From Gammaproteobacteria bacterium (lineage in GTDB: Bacteria > Pseudomonadota > Gammaproteobacteria > HK1), in contig JBFICP010000001.1 in the NCBI GenBank assembly GCA_041581935.1, positions 1 through 40,544 of the forward strand: a stretch of DNA of 40,544 bases. Reading direction: 5' to 3'. Position numbers and translations under genes: made by a program. The notes beneath the pieces were generated by a model. It had not been told where the DNA came from. It searched no databases and was given only the letters and a program-made list of their open reading frames with translations. Shown here in pieces: positions 26,427 to 35,249 of the stretch. Every line of letters begins with the position of its first letter. The first letter of the stretch is position 1.

Positions 26427-27338
26427 ATGTGTGGCATAGCCGGCATCATGTACAAGACCCGGGGCGCTCTGGGAGGCACCGGTCGGGCGCTCATCGACAT
26501 GCTCGACGGCTGCCAGCATCGCGGCCCCGACTCCACCGGATTCGCGCTCTACGGTGACGCCGCCGAAGACCGGCTGCGTCTGCGCTTCTTCGTCGGCGAA
26601 GGCGACGAGGCGGACACGGCCGTGGCGCGCATCAAGGAGCGCTTCGACGAGCACGGCGCCGCCATCGTCGAGGAGCAGCGGGTGGGCAACAACTACCGCT
26701 GCACCGTGAACTTCGACGGCGACCTGCAGAAGTTCGCCTACGCGATGGAGCACGCCGCCAAGGTGATCTCCATCGGCTCGAGCCTGGAGATCGTCAAGGA
26801 CGTCGGCAGCGCCCACGATGTTGACGATCGCTACGGCGTGCACACGCATCAAGGTACCCATGGACTCGGCCACGTGCGCCTCGCCACCGAGTCCGACGTC
26901 AAGCCCGAGGCGTCGCATCCCTTCTGGGCCACGGGCTTCGCCGATGTGGCCATCGTCCACAACGGCCAGATCACCAACTACTGGAAAATGCGCCGGCGGC
27001 TCGAACGACGCGGCTTCGAGTTCACCACCGACAACGACAGCGAGCTCATCGCAGTCTATCTCGCGGACAAGTTGTCCCAGGGCATCTCACTCAAAGACGC
27101 GTTGGCGACTTCCATCGACGATCTTGACGGCACGTTCTCGTTTCTGGTTTCCACCAAGGACGAGATCGGCTACGCCAAGGATCGTCTGGCGGCGAAACCC
27201 ATGATCATGTACGAGACCGACGATCTGATCGCCGTGGCTTCGGAAGAAGTGTCGCTGAATCGACTTTTTCCAGGCCAGGCGCTCAGCACCGTGGAGCCAC
27301 CACCGGGAACTTTTGATACGTGGTCACGATCGATCTAG
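26427..27338 (+). CDS. Class II (Ntn) glutamine amidotransferase-like protein (GlxB/MgsA-like), paralog of 9478..10413
   Basis: It starts MCGIAGIMYK and is preceded by AGGAGG. Motifs: HRGPDSTGFALYG, HVRLATESDV, IVHNGQITNYW, NDSELIAVYLAD. Confidence 0.9.
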   Translation: MCGIAGIMYKTRGALGGTGRALIDMLDGCQHRGPDSTGFALYGDAAEDRLRLRFFVGEGDEADTAVARIKERFDEHGAAIVEEQRVGNNYRCTVNFDGDLQKFAYAMEHAAKVISIGSSLEIVKDVGSAHDVDDRYGVHTHQGTHGLGHVRLATESDVKPEASHPFWATGFADVAIVHNGQITNYWKMRRRLERRGFEFTTDNDSELIAVYLADKLSQGISLKDALATSIDDLDGTFSFLVSTKDEIGYAKDRLAAKPMIMYETDDLIAVASEEVSLNRLFPGQALSTVEPPPGTFDTWSRSI

Positions 27339-29278
27339 CGAAAATCCGGGTTCGTGAAGCGAACGAGCTCATCCGCAAGCACGGAGCCGCGGGTGAGGAC
27401 GTCACCATCGTCAATCCCGATGCCCGCCATCACATCGGCGTGGGGCTCACCGACCCGATCAACGTGCACGTCAAGGGATCGGCCGGGTACTTCTGCGCGG
27501 GCCTGACCGATCGGGCGCGCTTCGAGGTCGATAACAACGTCGGCTGGGGGCTCGGCGACAACATGTACAGCGGATCGGTGGTGGTGCGTGGCAACGCCGG
27601 CGCCATCGCCGGCGTCGGCATCCGCGGCGCGGAGCTCGTGGTCCACGGCAACATCGGCTCGCGCGCCGGCCAGGTCATGAAAGAGGGCACGCTCGCCTGT
27701 GCCGGCAATGCCAACTTCATGGCCGGCTACATGATGTACGGCGGGCGTATCATTATTCTCGGGCATTCCGGCGAGCGCGTCGGCGAGGACATGACCGGCG
27801 GCACCATATTCGTCGGCGGCGACGTGCAGTCGCTGGGCTCGGATGCCGAGCAGGTCGATATCGAGGACGCCGAAAAGGAATCGATCCTGGAGTTTCTCGA
27901 TCGTTACCAGATCAAGCACCGCGGAACGTTCAGCAAGATCGTCAATGCCGGCAAGAAGCTGCGTTACGGCTCCGCGGAGCGCCAGATGCGCAGCCTTCCC
28001 TTCTTCGGCTTCTCCGGCACCTCCGAGTACTGGAACCCGAAGGTCCAGGAGGACATCCACATCAAGGCCCAGAGCGGGCGCTACCGCATTCGCGGCTACG
28101 GCGGCGCGCGGCCGTTGCCGCATGTGGCCGATCTGGCGTTCAAGAAGGACCTCTCCGGGGCGGGGCGCGACCCCGACGTGATCTCCAAGGTTCGGATGTA
28201 CACCGAGATCGGCGGCATCAACGGCGCCGAGCCCCTGAAGCTCAGCATGCCGGTGATGATCGCGCCCATGAGCTACGGGGCGCTCAGCCGATCCACCAAG
28301 CAGGCGGTGGCCATGGCCTCGGCGATGTCGAAAATCGCCGAGAACACCGGCGAGGGCGGCATGAGCGACGCGCAACGCGACGCCGCCGGGCAGCTCATCT
28401 TTCAGTGCCTCGGCGGACGGCTGGGCTGGAACATCCACGACATGAAGCGCGCCGACGGCCTGGAGATCTACATCTCCCAGGGCGCCAAGCCGGGACTCGG
28501 CGGCCAGCTCATGGCCAAGAAAGTCACCAAGGAGCTCGCGGCGATCCGCGGAATCCCCCACGGCATTGATCTCCGCTCGCCCTCGCGGCACCCGGACATC
28601 CTCGGCGCCGACGATCTGGTCATCAAGATCGAGGAGTTTCGCGAAGCCACCGGCTACCGGTTGCCGGTGAGCGTGAAGCTCGGTGCCGGGCGCGTGCGCG
28701 ACGATATCAAGATCGCGGTCAAGGACGGTTTCGACTTCGTCGAGCTGGACGGCATGCAGGGCTCGACCGGCGCCGGCAGCGGCGAGGTCATCGACTTCGT
28801 CGGTATTCCGACGCTCGCGGCGATCATGGAAGCGTTGGACGCGCTCGAGGAGATCGGGCGTCGCGACGACATCGAGATCGTGCTGATGGGCGGGCTGCGC
28901 GACGGCGTCGACGCGGTGAAGGCGCTGTGCCTGGGCGCGGACGCCGCCGCATTCGGCACCTCGGTCATCATCGCCGGCGGCTGCATCGCCTGCATGCAGT
29001 GCCACGTGGGCCAGTGCGTCACCGGAATCGCGACCCAGGACCCGGAGCACGAGAAGCGCTACAAGCCCAACGTCGAGGCGGAGAACATCCACCGGTTTTT
29101 GGAAGGCGTACGCTGGCAGATTGCCGCCATCACCCAGGGGCTCGGTTACGACGATGTGCGCGCGCTCAATCGGGACGATCTGGTGGCGCTGACACCGGAG
29201 GCGGCCGCCATCACGCGCTTGCCTTACGCGCCGGAGTACCGCAAGCGCAATCCGGAGCTCTCGGTGCAGGCGGGCTGA
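27320..29278 (+). CDS. Fusion protein: GXGXG domain + FMN-binding glutamate-synthase domain (GlxD+GlxC-like)
   Basis: 652 aa. The N-terminal half carries GXGXG repeats (GSAGYFCAGL...GNAGAIAGVGIRGAELVVHGNIGSRAG...GHSGERVGEDMTGGTIFVGG). The C-terminal half carries IAPMSYGALS, TGEGGM, SQGAKPGLGGQLMAKKVT, DGMQGSTGAGS, GGLRDGVDAVKALCLGADA, CIACMQCHVGQCVTGIATQDP. The GTG start overlaps the upstream gene by 19 nt. Confidence 0.9.
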   Translation: MVTIDLAKIRVREANELIRKHGAAGEDVTIVNPDARHHIGVGLTDPINVHVKGSAGYFCAGLTDRARFEVDNNVGWGLGDNMYSGSVVVRGNAGAIAGVGIRGAELVVHGNIGSRAGQVMKEGTLACAGNANFMAGYMMYGGRIIILGHSGERVGEDMTGGTIFVGGDVQSLGSDAEQVDIEDAEKESILEFLDRYQIKHRGTFSKIVNAGKKLRYGSAERQMRSLPFFGFSGTSEYWNPKVQEDIHIKAQSGRYRIRGYGGARPLPHVADLAFKKDLSGAGRDPDVISKVRMYTEIGGINGAEPLKLSMPVMIAPMSYGALSRSTKQAVAMASAMSKIAENTGEGGMSDAQRDAAGQLIFQCLGGRLGWNIHDMKRADGLEIYISQGAKPGLGGQLMAKKVTKELAAIRGIPHGIDLRSPSRHPDILGADDLVIKIEEFREATGYRLPVSVKLGAGRVRDDIKIAVKDGFDFVELDGMQGSTGAGSGEVIDFVGIPTLAAIMEALDALEEIGRRDDIEIVLMGGLRDGVDAVKALCLGADAAAFGTSVIIAGGCIACMQCHVGQCVTGIATQDPEHEKRYKPNVEAENIHRFLEGVRWQIAAITQGLGYDDVRALNRDDLVALTPEAAAITRLPYAPEYRKRNPELSVQAG

Positions 29279-29279
29279 C

Positions 29280-31823
29280 GTGGCCGTCTACGATATCAAC
29301 CGCATTCTCGTGCCGAAGGCGCCGCCCGAGTACCGAGACGATACCGCCGACATACATTACGTGCCGGCGCCCTGTCAGGTGGCGTGCCCAGTCGGCACCG
29401 ACGCGCCTTCCTATCTCGCCTACATCTGGGAAGGCAAGTACGAGGAGGCCTTCGAGGCCATCACGGCGACCAATCCGTTCAGCTCCATCTGCGGGCGCGT
29501 ATGCGACGCGCCGTGTGAGCCCGCCTGCCGGCGGACTTCCGCGGACGGCGCCGTGCAGATCCGCAATCTCAAACGCTTTGTCATGGACAAGGTGGGCCAT
29601 CGGTACGATCCGCCCGCCATACCCGTGACCAAGTCCCAGAGCGTGGGCATCGTCGGCGCGGGCCCCGCGGGACTGGTCGCTGCACACGATTTGTGCGCGG
29701 CGGGCTACTCGGTGGATGTTTACGAAATGACCGATCGGCCGGGCGGCATGATGGTGTGGGGCATTCCCGCGTTTCGCCTGCCGCCGGGCATCATCGAGGA
29801 AGATATCCAGCGCCTCCGGCAGCGTTGCCCGGGGCTCACCATGCACTTCTCGACGGCGCTCGGACGCGACATGAGCCTCGATGAATTGAAGCAGCGCCAC
29901 GACGCGGTGTTGCTCACCATCGGCTCCTGGTGGGGCAAGACCATGGGCATTCCCGGCGAGGACGACGAACGTGTCGTCGACGGCGTCGGATTCCTGAGGC
30001 GCGTGAACGCCGGTGAACGTCCGGAGCTTCCCGAGACAGTGGTCGTTGTCGGCGGCGGCGATGTCGCCATGGACGCCTGCCGTGTCGCCAAGCGCCTGCC
30101 CGGCTGCAAGACCGTCAAGGTGATCTACCGGCGCGGACCCGACGAGATCCCCGCGCGGCGCATCGAGCTCGAAGGCGCCGTCAAGGAGGGCATCGAGTTC
30201 GTCTACAACACCCAGCAGGTGTCGGTGGCCGCGCACGGCAATCAGCTCAGTCTTCGTTGCGTGCGCACCGAGGCCGGCGAGCCCGGCGAGGATGGCCGGC
30301 GAAGGCCGGTGATCGTGCCGGACAGCGAGCACGACATCGCCTGCGGCATGGTCATCGCCGCGGTCGGCCAGCAGGCCGAGTGTGAAGAGCTCGATCGGCG
30401 CGGCATGATGAGACCCGATCGTGTGCGCGCGGAATTCGATCGCATGCGCACCGATGACGCGAAAGTCTTCGCGGCCGGCGACGGGGCCTTCGGGGGATCC
30501 ACCATCGTCATGGCCATGAGTCATGGCCAGCGCGCGGCCTACTACGTCAAGGCGTTCCTGGAGGGGCGCGACGAACCGATGCCCTATCGAACACCCTATC
30601 GCACGCGGCGCGTGCCGGTGGCCCAGGATCTGCTGTGGGAAAAGCTGCCGGTGCAGGAACCCGAATTTTTCGGCCTCGGTAAAAACCCCATCGAATTTCC
30701 GGAGATCGAATCGACCTACGACGAGGAGACGGCACGCAAGGAAGCAGCACGCTGTTACCGCTGCGATGCGGAGACCGGATCCGCCGATTACTCGGTGCGT
30801 CATCGCGAGGATCTGTTCTCCATGGCGCGCACCAACGTGGTCGATCACGTCAAGCACAAGGCGATGCTGGATCGCCGCCTGCGACTGCGGGAAAACCCGT
30901 TTCCCGAGGGTCGTGCACCGAGCCTCGACGATTTGATATTCCTGCCTGCCAACCTGTCGCGCCTGGTGATCGACCCGTACCGCGAAGCGTGCCGGATCAG
31001 CACCGATCTCGGGGGCAAGCTGGATCTCGAGATGCCGTATCTGGCGACCGGATTCGACGACGCACCGACGGATGTGCGCATCGCCGTGGCCACGGCGCTA
31101 GCCACCCTCGGTTTGAGCTACGTGGGCAAGCGCACCATCGATGAGCGCGCCGACGGCCGCGTGCCCTGGCTGCAGCTCGTCGTGCCCGGCGAGTCCGATC
31201 CGAGCGCCTCGGCGAAAGCGCTTGTGCACGTGCAGAAGTCCGTCTTTCAACCACCGGCGCTGACTCGCCTGCACGCGGATCAGCTGCTGGGTATGGCGGT
31301 CTCATCCACCGAAATTCTCGAGCAGTGCATCGTCCATGCCCTGGAGCACGAATTCGACATGCTGCTGCTCGACGCCACGCGTGGAATCGAGGGACGCTGG
31401 CCGGAGCTCTCGGGGACGCCGAATCCGAGCATACTCCGTGACGCCATCGCCATTCTCCGGCGCCTGGGGCAGGAGGAGGAAATCGACCTGGTGTATTTCG
31501 GCGGCGTGCGCTCGGGCACCGATTCCGCCAAGCTCATCGCGCTCGGCGTCAAGGCGGTGGTGCTGGGCACGGCGCTCGGAATCGCCGCGGGCGGGGCCAT
31601 CTCCGCTGGTGCCAACCTCGAGTTCGCACCGGACTGGAGCGAGGAAGAGCGCAGCGGCGGCATCGTCAATATCGTCAACGCCAGCGCCGGCGAAGCCTCG
31701 ATGATGGCGCGCTGCACCGGCAAAACGAATCTGCACAACCTCGAGCCGGAGGACCTGCGCGCGATCACCATCGCGACCTCGCAGGCGATCGGCGTGCCGC
31801 TGACCGGACTGCGCCCGGCGTAG
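29280..31823 (+). CDS. Fusion protein: GltD-like Fe-S/FAD/NAD(P)H oxidoreductase + C-terminal degenerate glutamate-synthase-like TIM-barrel domain
   Basis: 847 aa. The N-terminal Cys clusters are PCQVACPVGTD and CGRVCDAPCEPACRR. Also present: VGIVGAGPAGLVAAHDL...DRPGGMMVWGIPAFRLP, VVVVGGGDVAMDACR, VFAAGDGAFGG. The C-terminal third aligns by eye to the FMN-domain proteins (LIFLPANLSRLVIDPYRE..., FGGVRSGTDSAKLIALGVKAVVLG, MMARCTGKTNLHNLEPEDL). It lacks their MSxGALS and GSTGAG strings. The GTG start lies 1 nt after the upstream stop. Confidence 0.8.
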   Translation: MAVYDINRILVPKAPPEYRDDTADIHYVPAPCQVACPVGTDAPSYLAYIWEGKYEEAFEAITATNPFSSICGRVCDAPCEPACRRTSADGAVQIRNLKRFVMDKVGHRYDPPAIPVTKSQSVGIVGAGPAGLVAAHDLCAAGYSVDVYEMTDRPGGMMVWGIPAFRLPPGIIEEDIQRLRQRCPGLTMHFSTALGRDMSLDELKQRHDAVLLTIGSWWGKTMGIPGEDDERVVDGVGFLRRVNAGERPELPETVVVVGGGDVAMDACRVAKRLPGCKTVKVIYRRGPDEIPARRIELEGAVKEGIEFVYNTQQVSVAAHGNQLSLRCVRTEAGEPGEDGRRRPVIVPDSEHDIACGMVIAAVGQQAECEELDRRGMMRPDRVRAEFDRMRTDDAKVFAAGDGAFGGSTIVMAMSHGQRAAYYVKAFLEGRDEPMPYRTPYRTRRVPVAQDLLWEKLPVQEPEFFGLGKNPIEFPEIESTYDEETARKEAARCYRCDAETGSADYSVRHREDLFSMARTNVVDHVKHKAMLDRRLRLRENPFPEGRAPSLDDLIFLPANLSRLVIDPYREACRISTDLGGKLDLEMPYLATGFDDAPTDVRIAVATALATLGLSYVGKRTIDERADGRVPWLQLVVPGESDPSASAKALVHVQKSVFQPPALTRLHADQLLGMAVSSTEILEQCIVHALEHEFDMLLLDATRGIEGRWPELSGTPNPSILRDAIAILRRLGQEEEIDLVYFGGVRSGTDSAKLIALGVKAVVLGTALGIAAGGAISAGANLEFAPDWSEEERSGGIVNIVNASAGEASMMARCTGKTNLHNLEPEDLRAITIATSQAIGVPLTGLRPA

Positions 31824-31873
31824 AGCGTTTTCGGGGAATCCGATATTCTCTCGCGGGCAGGGGAATTCGATCC

Positions 31874-31932
31874 TGTAGCAGCACCGTCGGTTGGGCTTGG
31901 CTGCGCTTCGCCCAACCGACGGTGCTCCTACA
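31874..31932. repeat. 59-nt REP-like palindrome between the gltD-like fusion and the GS gene
   Basis: The perfect 16-bp arms are gcaccgtcggttgggc (31881..31896) and gcccaaccgacggtgc (31910..31925). They are extended by tgtag/ctaca with one mismatch. The element shares the GGTTGGGC core with 22896..22914. Confidence 0.75.
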
Positions 31933-31965
31933 TGAGAAAATCAAAAAACGAATGGGAGGTTCACC

Positions 31966-33273
31966 ATGGCCGTTGATCTCGACAAGATCGCGAAATCCGA
32001 GGGCATAAAGTACTTTCTCATCAGCTTCGTCGACCTGTTCGGCGTTCTGCGCTCGAAGCTCGTTCCGGCGCGCGCCATCGCCCAGATGCAGGCCGACGGC
32101 GCGGGATTCGCGGGATTCGCCGCATGGCTGGATATGACCCCGGCCGACCCGGACATGTTCTCCATTCCCGATCCGGAGAGTCTCATTCAGCTGCCCTGGA
32201 AACCGGAGGTCGCGTGGCTTGCCGGGGATCTGTGGATGGACGGCAAACCGGTGGAGGCATCGCCCCGCATCGCACTCAAGCGCCAAATCGAGAAGGCCGC
32301 GGGGCAGGATCTCTACATGAAATCCGGTGTCGAGTGCGAGTACTTTCTGGTCAATTCAGACGGCACTGCGATTTCCGACGATCGTGATATTCAGGAGAAG
32401 CCCTGTTACGACCAGGCGGCGCTCATGCGCCGCTACGACGTCATCAGCGAAATTTGTGATTGCATGATCGAGCTTGGCTGGAATCCCTACCAGAATGACC
32501 ACGAGGACGCTAATGGTCAGTTCGAAATGAACTGGGATTACACCGATACCCTGGTGACAACAGATCGCCATGTGTTCTTCAAGTACATGGTGAAATCGAT
32601 TGCCGAGAAACACGGACTGCGAGCGACTTTCATGCCGAAACCGTTTCCGAATCTTACCGGCAACGGCTGTCACGCCCATGTATCGGTGTGGGACAAGTCG
32701 GGAAGCGTGAACAAATTTTCCGATGACAGCGACGAGATGGGCCTATCGAAGCTTGCGTATCAGTTCCTTGGCGGCGTGCTGCACAATGCCGACGCGCTTG
32801 CAGCAATCTTCAATCCCAGTGTCAATAGCTACAAGCGCATCGATGCGACGGTGACGCTCTCCGGCGCCACCTGGTCGCCCAATGCCATTAGCTATTCCGG
32901 AAACAATCGCACACACATGGTTCGAATTCCGGATCCCGGCCGCTTCGAGCTACGCTTGATGGACGGCGCTGCCAATCCGTACCTGCTGCAGGCCGGTGTC
33001 CTGGCCGCGGGTTTGGACGGTATCGCTAACGCAAGGGATCCGGGCGAGCGGCTGGACATCAACATGTACACAGAAGGACAAAGGCTGCGGCGAATCCGCC
33101 GGCTTCCCTTGAACATGCTCGATGCCGTACGCCTGTTCGACAAGAGCAAGGTTCTACGCGAAGCCTTCGGTGATGAGCTCATCAGCAGCTATGTGAAGCT
33201 CAAGCTCAAGGAGTGGCAAAGCTACTCGACCACCATTACCCCATGGGAGCGCGACCATACGCTCGATGCTTGA
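31966..33273 (+). CDS. Glutamine synthetase family protein, GlnT (rhizobial type-III nomenclature) / GmaS-like, 435 aa
   Basis: Motifs: NDHEDANGQFEMNW, MPKPFPNLTGNGCHAHVSVW, NPSVNSYKRI, GNNRTHMVRIP, DGAANPYL. A GGGAGG SD is present. The size matches GlnT/GmaS-type enzymes. Confidence 0.9.
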   Translation: MAVDLDKIAKSEGIKYFLISFVDLFGVLRSKLVPARAIAQMQADGAGFAGFAAWLDMTPADPDMFSIPDPESLIQLPWKPEVAWLAGDLWMDGKPVEASPRIALKRQIEKAAGQDLYMKSGVECEYFLVNSDGTAISDDRDIQEKPCYDQAALMRRYDVISEICDCMIELGWNPYQNDHEDANGQFEMNWDYTDTLVTTDRHVFFKYMVKSIAEKHGLRATFMPKPFPNLTGNGCHAHVSVWDKSGSVNKFSDDSDEMGLSKLAYQFLGGVLHNADALAAIFNPSVNSYKRIDATVTLSGATWSPNAISYSGNNRTHMVRIPDPGRFELRLMDGAANPYLLQAGVLAAGLDGIANARDPGERLDINMYTEGQRLRRIRRLPLNMLDAVRLFDKSKVLREAFGDELISSYVKLKLKEWQSYSTTITPWERDHTLDA

Positions 33274-33316
33274 TCGCCGCCTGCGCAGCTCTGCAGGAGC
33301 GAGTTACCTTCCGGGA

Positions 33317-33793
33317 ATGAGCGCGCTCGCGAACCGGAGGCGTCGGTGTTCACGGGCAAGCGCGCTTTTACGACGCGTCTTCGTTAGTTGCGCGCTAATG
33401 ATACTCGCGAGCTGCGGAACGATTTACGTCAATCCGGCGGACCGCAATCCGAAGTATCTCAAGGAGACCGATTTCATTTCCAGCCGAAACACGGAAATGA
33501 CCTATCGACGCATCTACACCATGCTGTACCGGTGCACGAGTGGTTACTATCGTATTCGGGGCAACTACGACCCGGATGCACGGCACGCGGAGATTTCGGT
33601 GGACACGGGCGTCGGATTCCAGAACGACCTCTATTTTGCGGATTCCCACGTGATGCGCATCGTTATCGACGCCGACGGACTCGAAAAGAGCACGGTACAA
33701 ATCAAACAGACGAGTCGCCACGGCGCGCCGTTCGCGAACGCCATGGCACAGTGGGTGAACGAAGGCAGCGACGACTGCGCTGCCGGATCCTAG
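33317..33793 (+). CDS. Putative lipoprotein, unknown function
   Basis: A basic N-terminus is followed by a hydrophobic stretch and the lipobox ILASC-G (ALMILASCGTIY). The start is uncertain (the track ORF begins at 33266). Confidence 0.55.
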   Translation: MSALANRRRRCSRASALLRRVFVSCALMILASCGTIYVNPADRNPKYLKETDFISSRNTEMTYRRIYTMLYRCTSGYYRIRGNYDPDARHAEISVDTGVGFQNDLYFADSHVMRIVIDADGLEKSTVQIKQTSRHGAPFANAMAQWVNEGSDDCAAGS

Positions 33794-34149
33794 CGGGAAG
33801 ACTTGCGTTTGCCGTTCGACGAGGAGCTGGAGCTCCTTCCGTCTCTACCCAGCTTCTTCAGCTTAGACTGAAGCTGGTCGATGGTCTGCATGTTCTCACC
33901 GTAGGCTCTGACGAGCTGTCGCGTGAGATCGGACAGCCCCTTGATCGCGATGGTCAGGTCGTCCTTTCTCGCGTTGACCAGGTCGATCTGCATGAGGACC
34001 AGGCCAGCCACGTCCTCGGGGCGCGAAACGATCCGCGGTTGCTGAGCGGCGGCTGCCTGGTCGGCGGCGGCGCCCGGGGGCGGCGTGGCCCTGGAGCCCG
34101 GATTCTGGTCATCTCTCGTGCTGGCCGATTCCTGAGTGCCTTTGGTCAT
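33790..34149 (-). CDS. Hypothetical protein with a Pro/Ala-rich N-terminus, a predicted coiled-coil core and a Ser/Lys/Arg-rich tail
   Basis: 119 aa. It contains ...LVNARKDDLTIAIKGLSDLTRQLVRAYGENMQTIDQLQSKLKKLG...SSSSSNGKRKSSR. I recognise no family. It is convergent with the lipoprotein gene, overlapping by 4 nt. Confidence 0.45.
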   Translation of the reverse strand: MTKGTQESASTRDDQNPGSRATPPPGAAADQAAAAQQPRIVSRPEDVAGLVLMQIDLVNARKDDLTIAIKGLSDLTRQLVRAYGENMQTIDQLQSKLKKLGRDGRSSSSSSNGKRKSSR

Positions 34150-34484
34150 GGCTCGTGCGTCCTTAGATGGTGGGTTCGGAAACGGTCCCTACGCACCGCT
34201 TCGACATGTCCTTTATCGGCCGGATCCCGGGATAGTTTAGCCATCCGAGGCCCCGGCACGGCCCCGAGCCGCGGGCGAGGGCCGCGATCGGCTCACCCGG
34301 CGTGCGGGGGGTGCGCGATTCGCCCGGTTCGCGCGGTGGAGGTGTCCCGAGCGTGACGGAGTCGGCAATTTGCGTGCTTCCGGGGCGTCAATCGTCACAG
34401 CGGTGTAGCGCCCAAGGTTTAAGGAATGCCGGATCCGGCCGATACTCCTTTTAGGAATTTAGTTAACCGCCAGAGGGGTGAGCC

Positions 34485-35249
34485 ATGGCTTACGCCATCC
34501 CCAAGATACCGGCTTCGGACAAGGAACCGCCGGCCGAAGCAGGAGAAGAGGCCCCGAATACCCGGGATGCCGATAGGCGGCACGTTGCCTGGCTGCAGCT
34601 GCACCCTGAAAAACGCGGCGCGGACCCCTATCGCTACGTCCTGCTTCTGCGCTTCACCCTTCTGAATCTGTTCGGCTTCGGCCTCCTGGGCGCGGCCTAT
34701 GCCCACGGGCTCGTGGCCATGGCTCTGGAAGCCGATCGGACCTATCTGTCGCTGGTCATCTTCCTGGTGTTTCTCGTCGGGCTGGGCTTATCGGCCCACA
34801 AGGTCTGGCAGACCAGCCATGAGCTCAACAGCGTGCGCGACTTCGAATCCGGCGACGACTCTCCGGCGGCTCGCTACCTGGCCCCGATGCTGGACGGAGA
34901 CGCGGACAGCCGCGCCAACCTGGTCGGAGCCCTGCGAATGAAGATTGCCCACCGCACCGCGGTGGTGCGCCACATTGCCAACAGCCTGGTTCTGCTAGGA
35001 CTGATCGGCACGGTGGTCGGCTTCATCATTGCGCTCGGCGGCGTCGATCCCGAGCACGCATCCGATGTGAAAGCCATTGCGCCCATGGTATCGACGTTGA
35101 TTCAGGGCATGTCGACGGCACTCTACACGACTCTTATCGGCGCCGTGCTCAATGTCTGGCTGATGGCGAATCACCAGGTTCTCGCTGGCGGCACCGTGAA
35201 GCTGATCACGGCACTGGTGGAAATGGCGGAGATCCATGCGCGAGATTGA
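34485..35249 (+). CDS. MotA/TolQ/ExbB-family proton-channel protein
   Basis: 254 aa. The family signature in the C-terminal helices is NSLVLLGLIGTVVGFIIAL...LIQGMSTALYTTLIGAVLNVWLMA. N-terminal TM helices are present. A GAGGGG SD is present. Confidence 0.85.
   Translation: MAYAIPKIPASDKEPPAEAGEEAPNTRDADRRHVAWLQLHPEKRGADPYRYVLLLRFTLLNLFGFGLLGAAYAHGLVAMALEADRTYLSLVIFLVFLVGLGLSAHKVWQTSHELNSVRDFESGDDSPAARYLAPMLDGDADSRANLVGALRMKIAHRTAVVRHIANSLVLLGLIGTVVGFIIALGGVDPEHASDVKAIAPMVSTLIQGMSTALYTTLIGAVLNVWLMANHQVLAGGTVKLITALVEMAEIHARD

Noticed and set aside
27335-30857. 585-aa and 548-aa minus-strand ORFs (27335..29092 and 29211..30857)
   Set aside because: They are antisense shadows of the GXGXG-FMN and GltD-like fusion genes. 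Their translations are Ala/Arg/Gly/His-rich without motifs.
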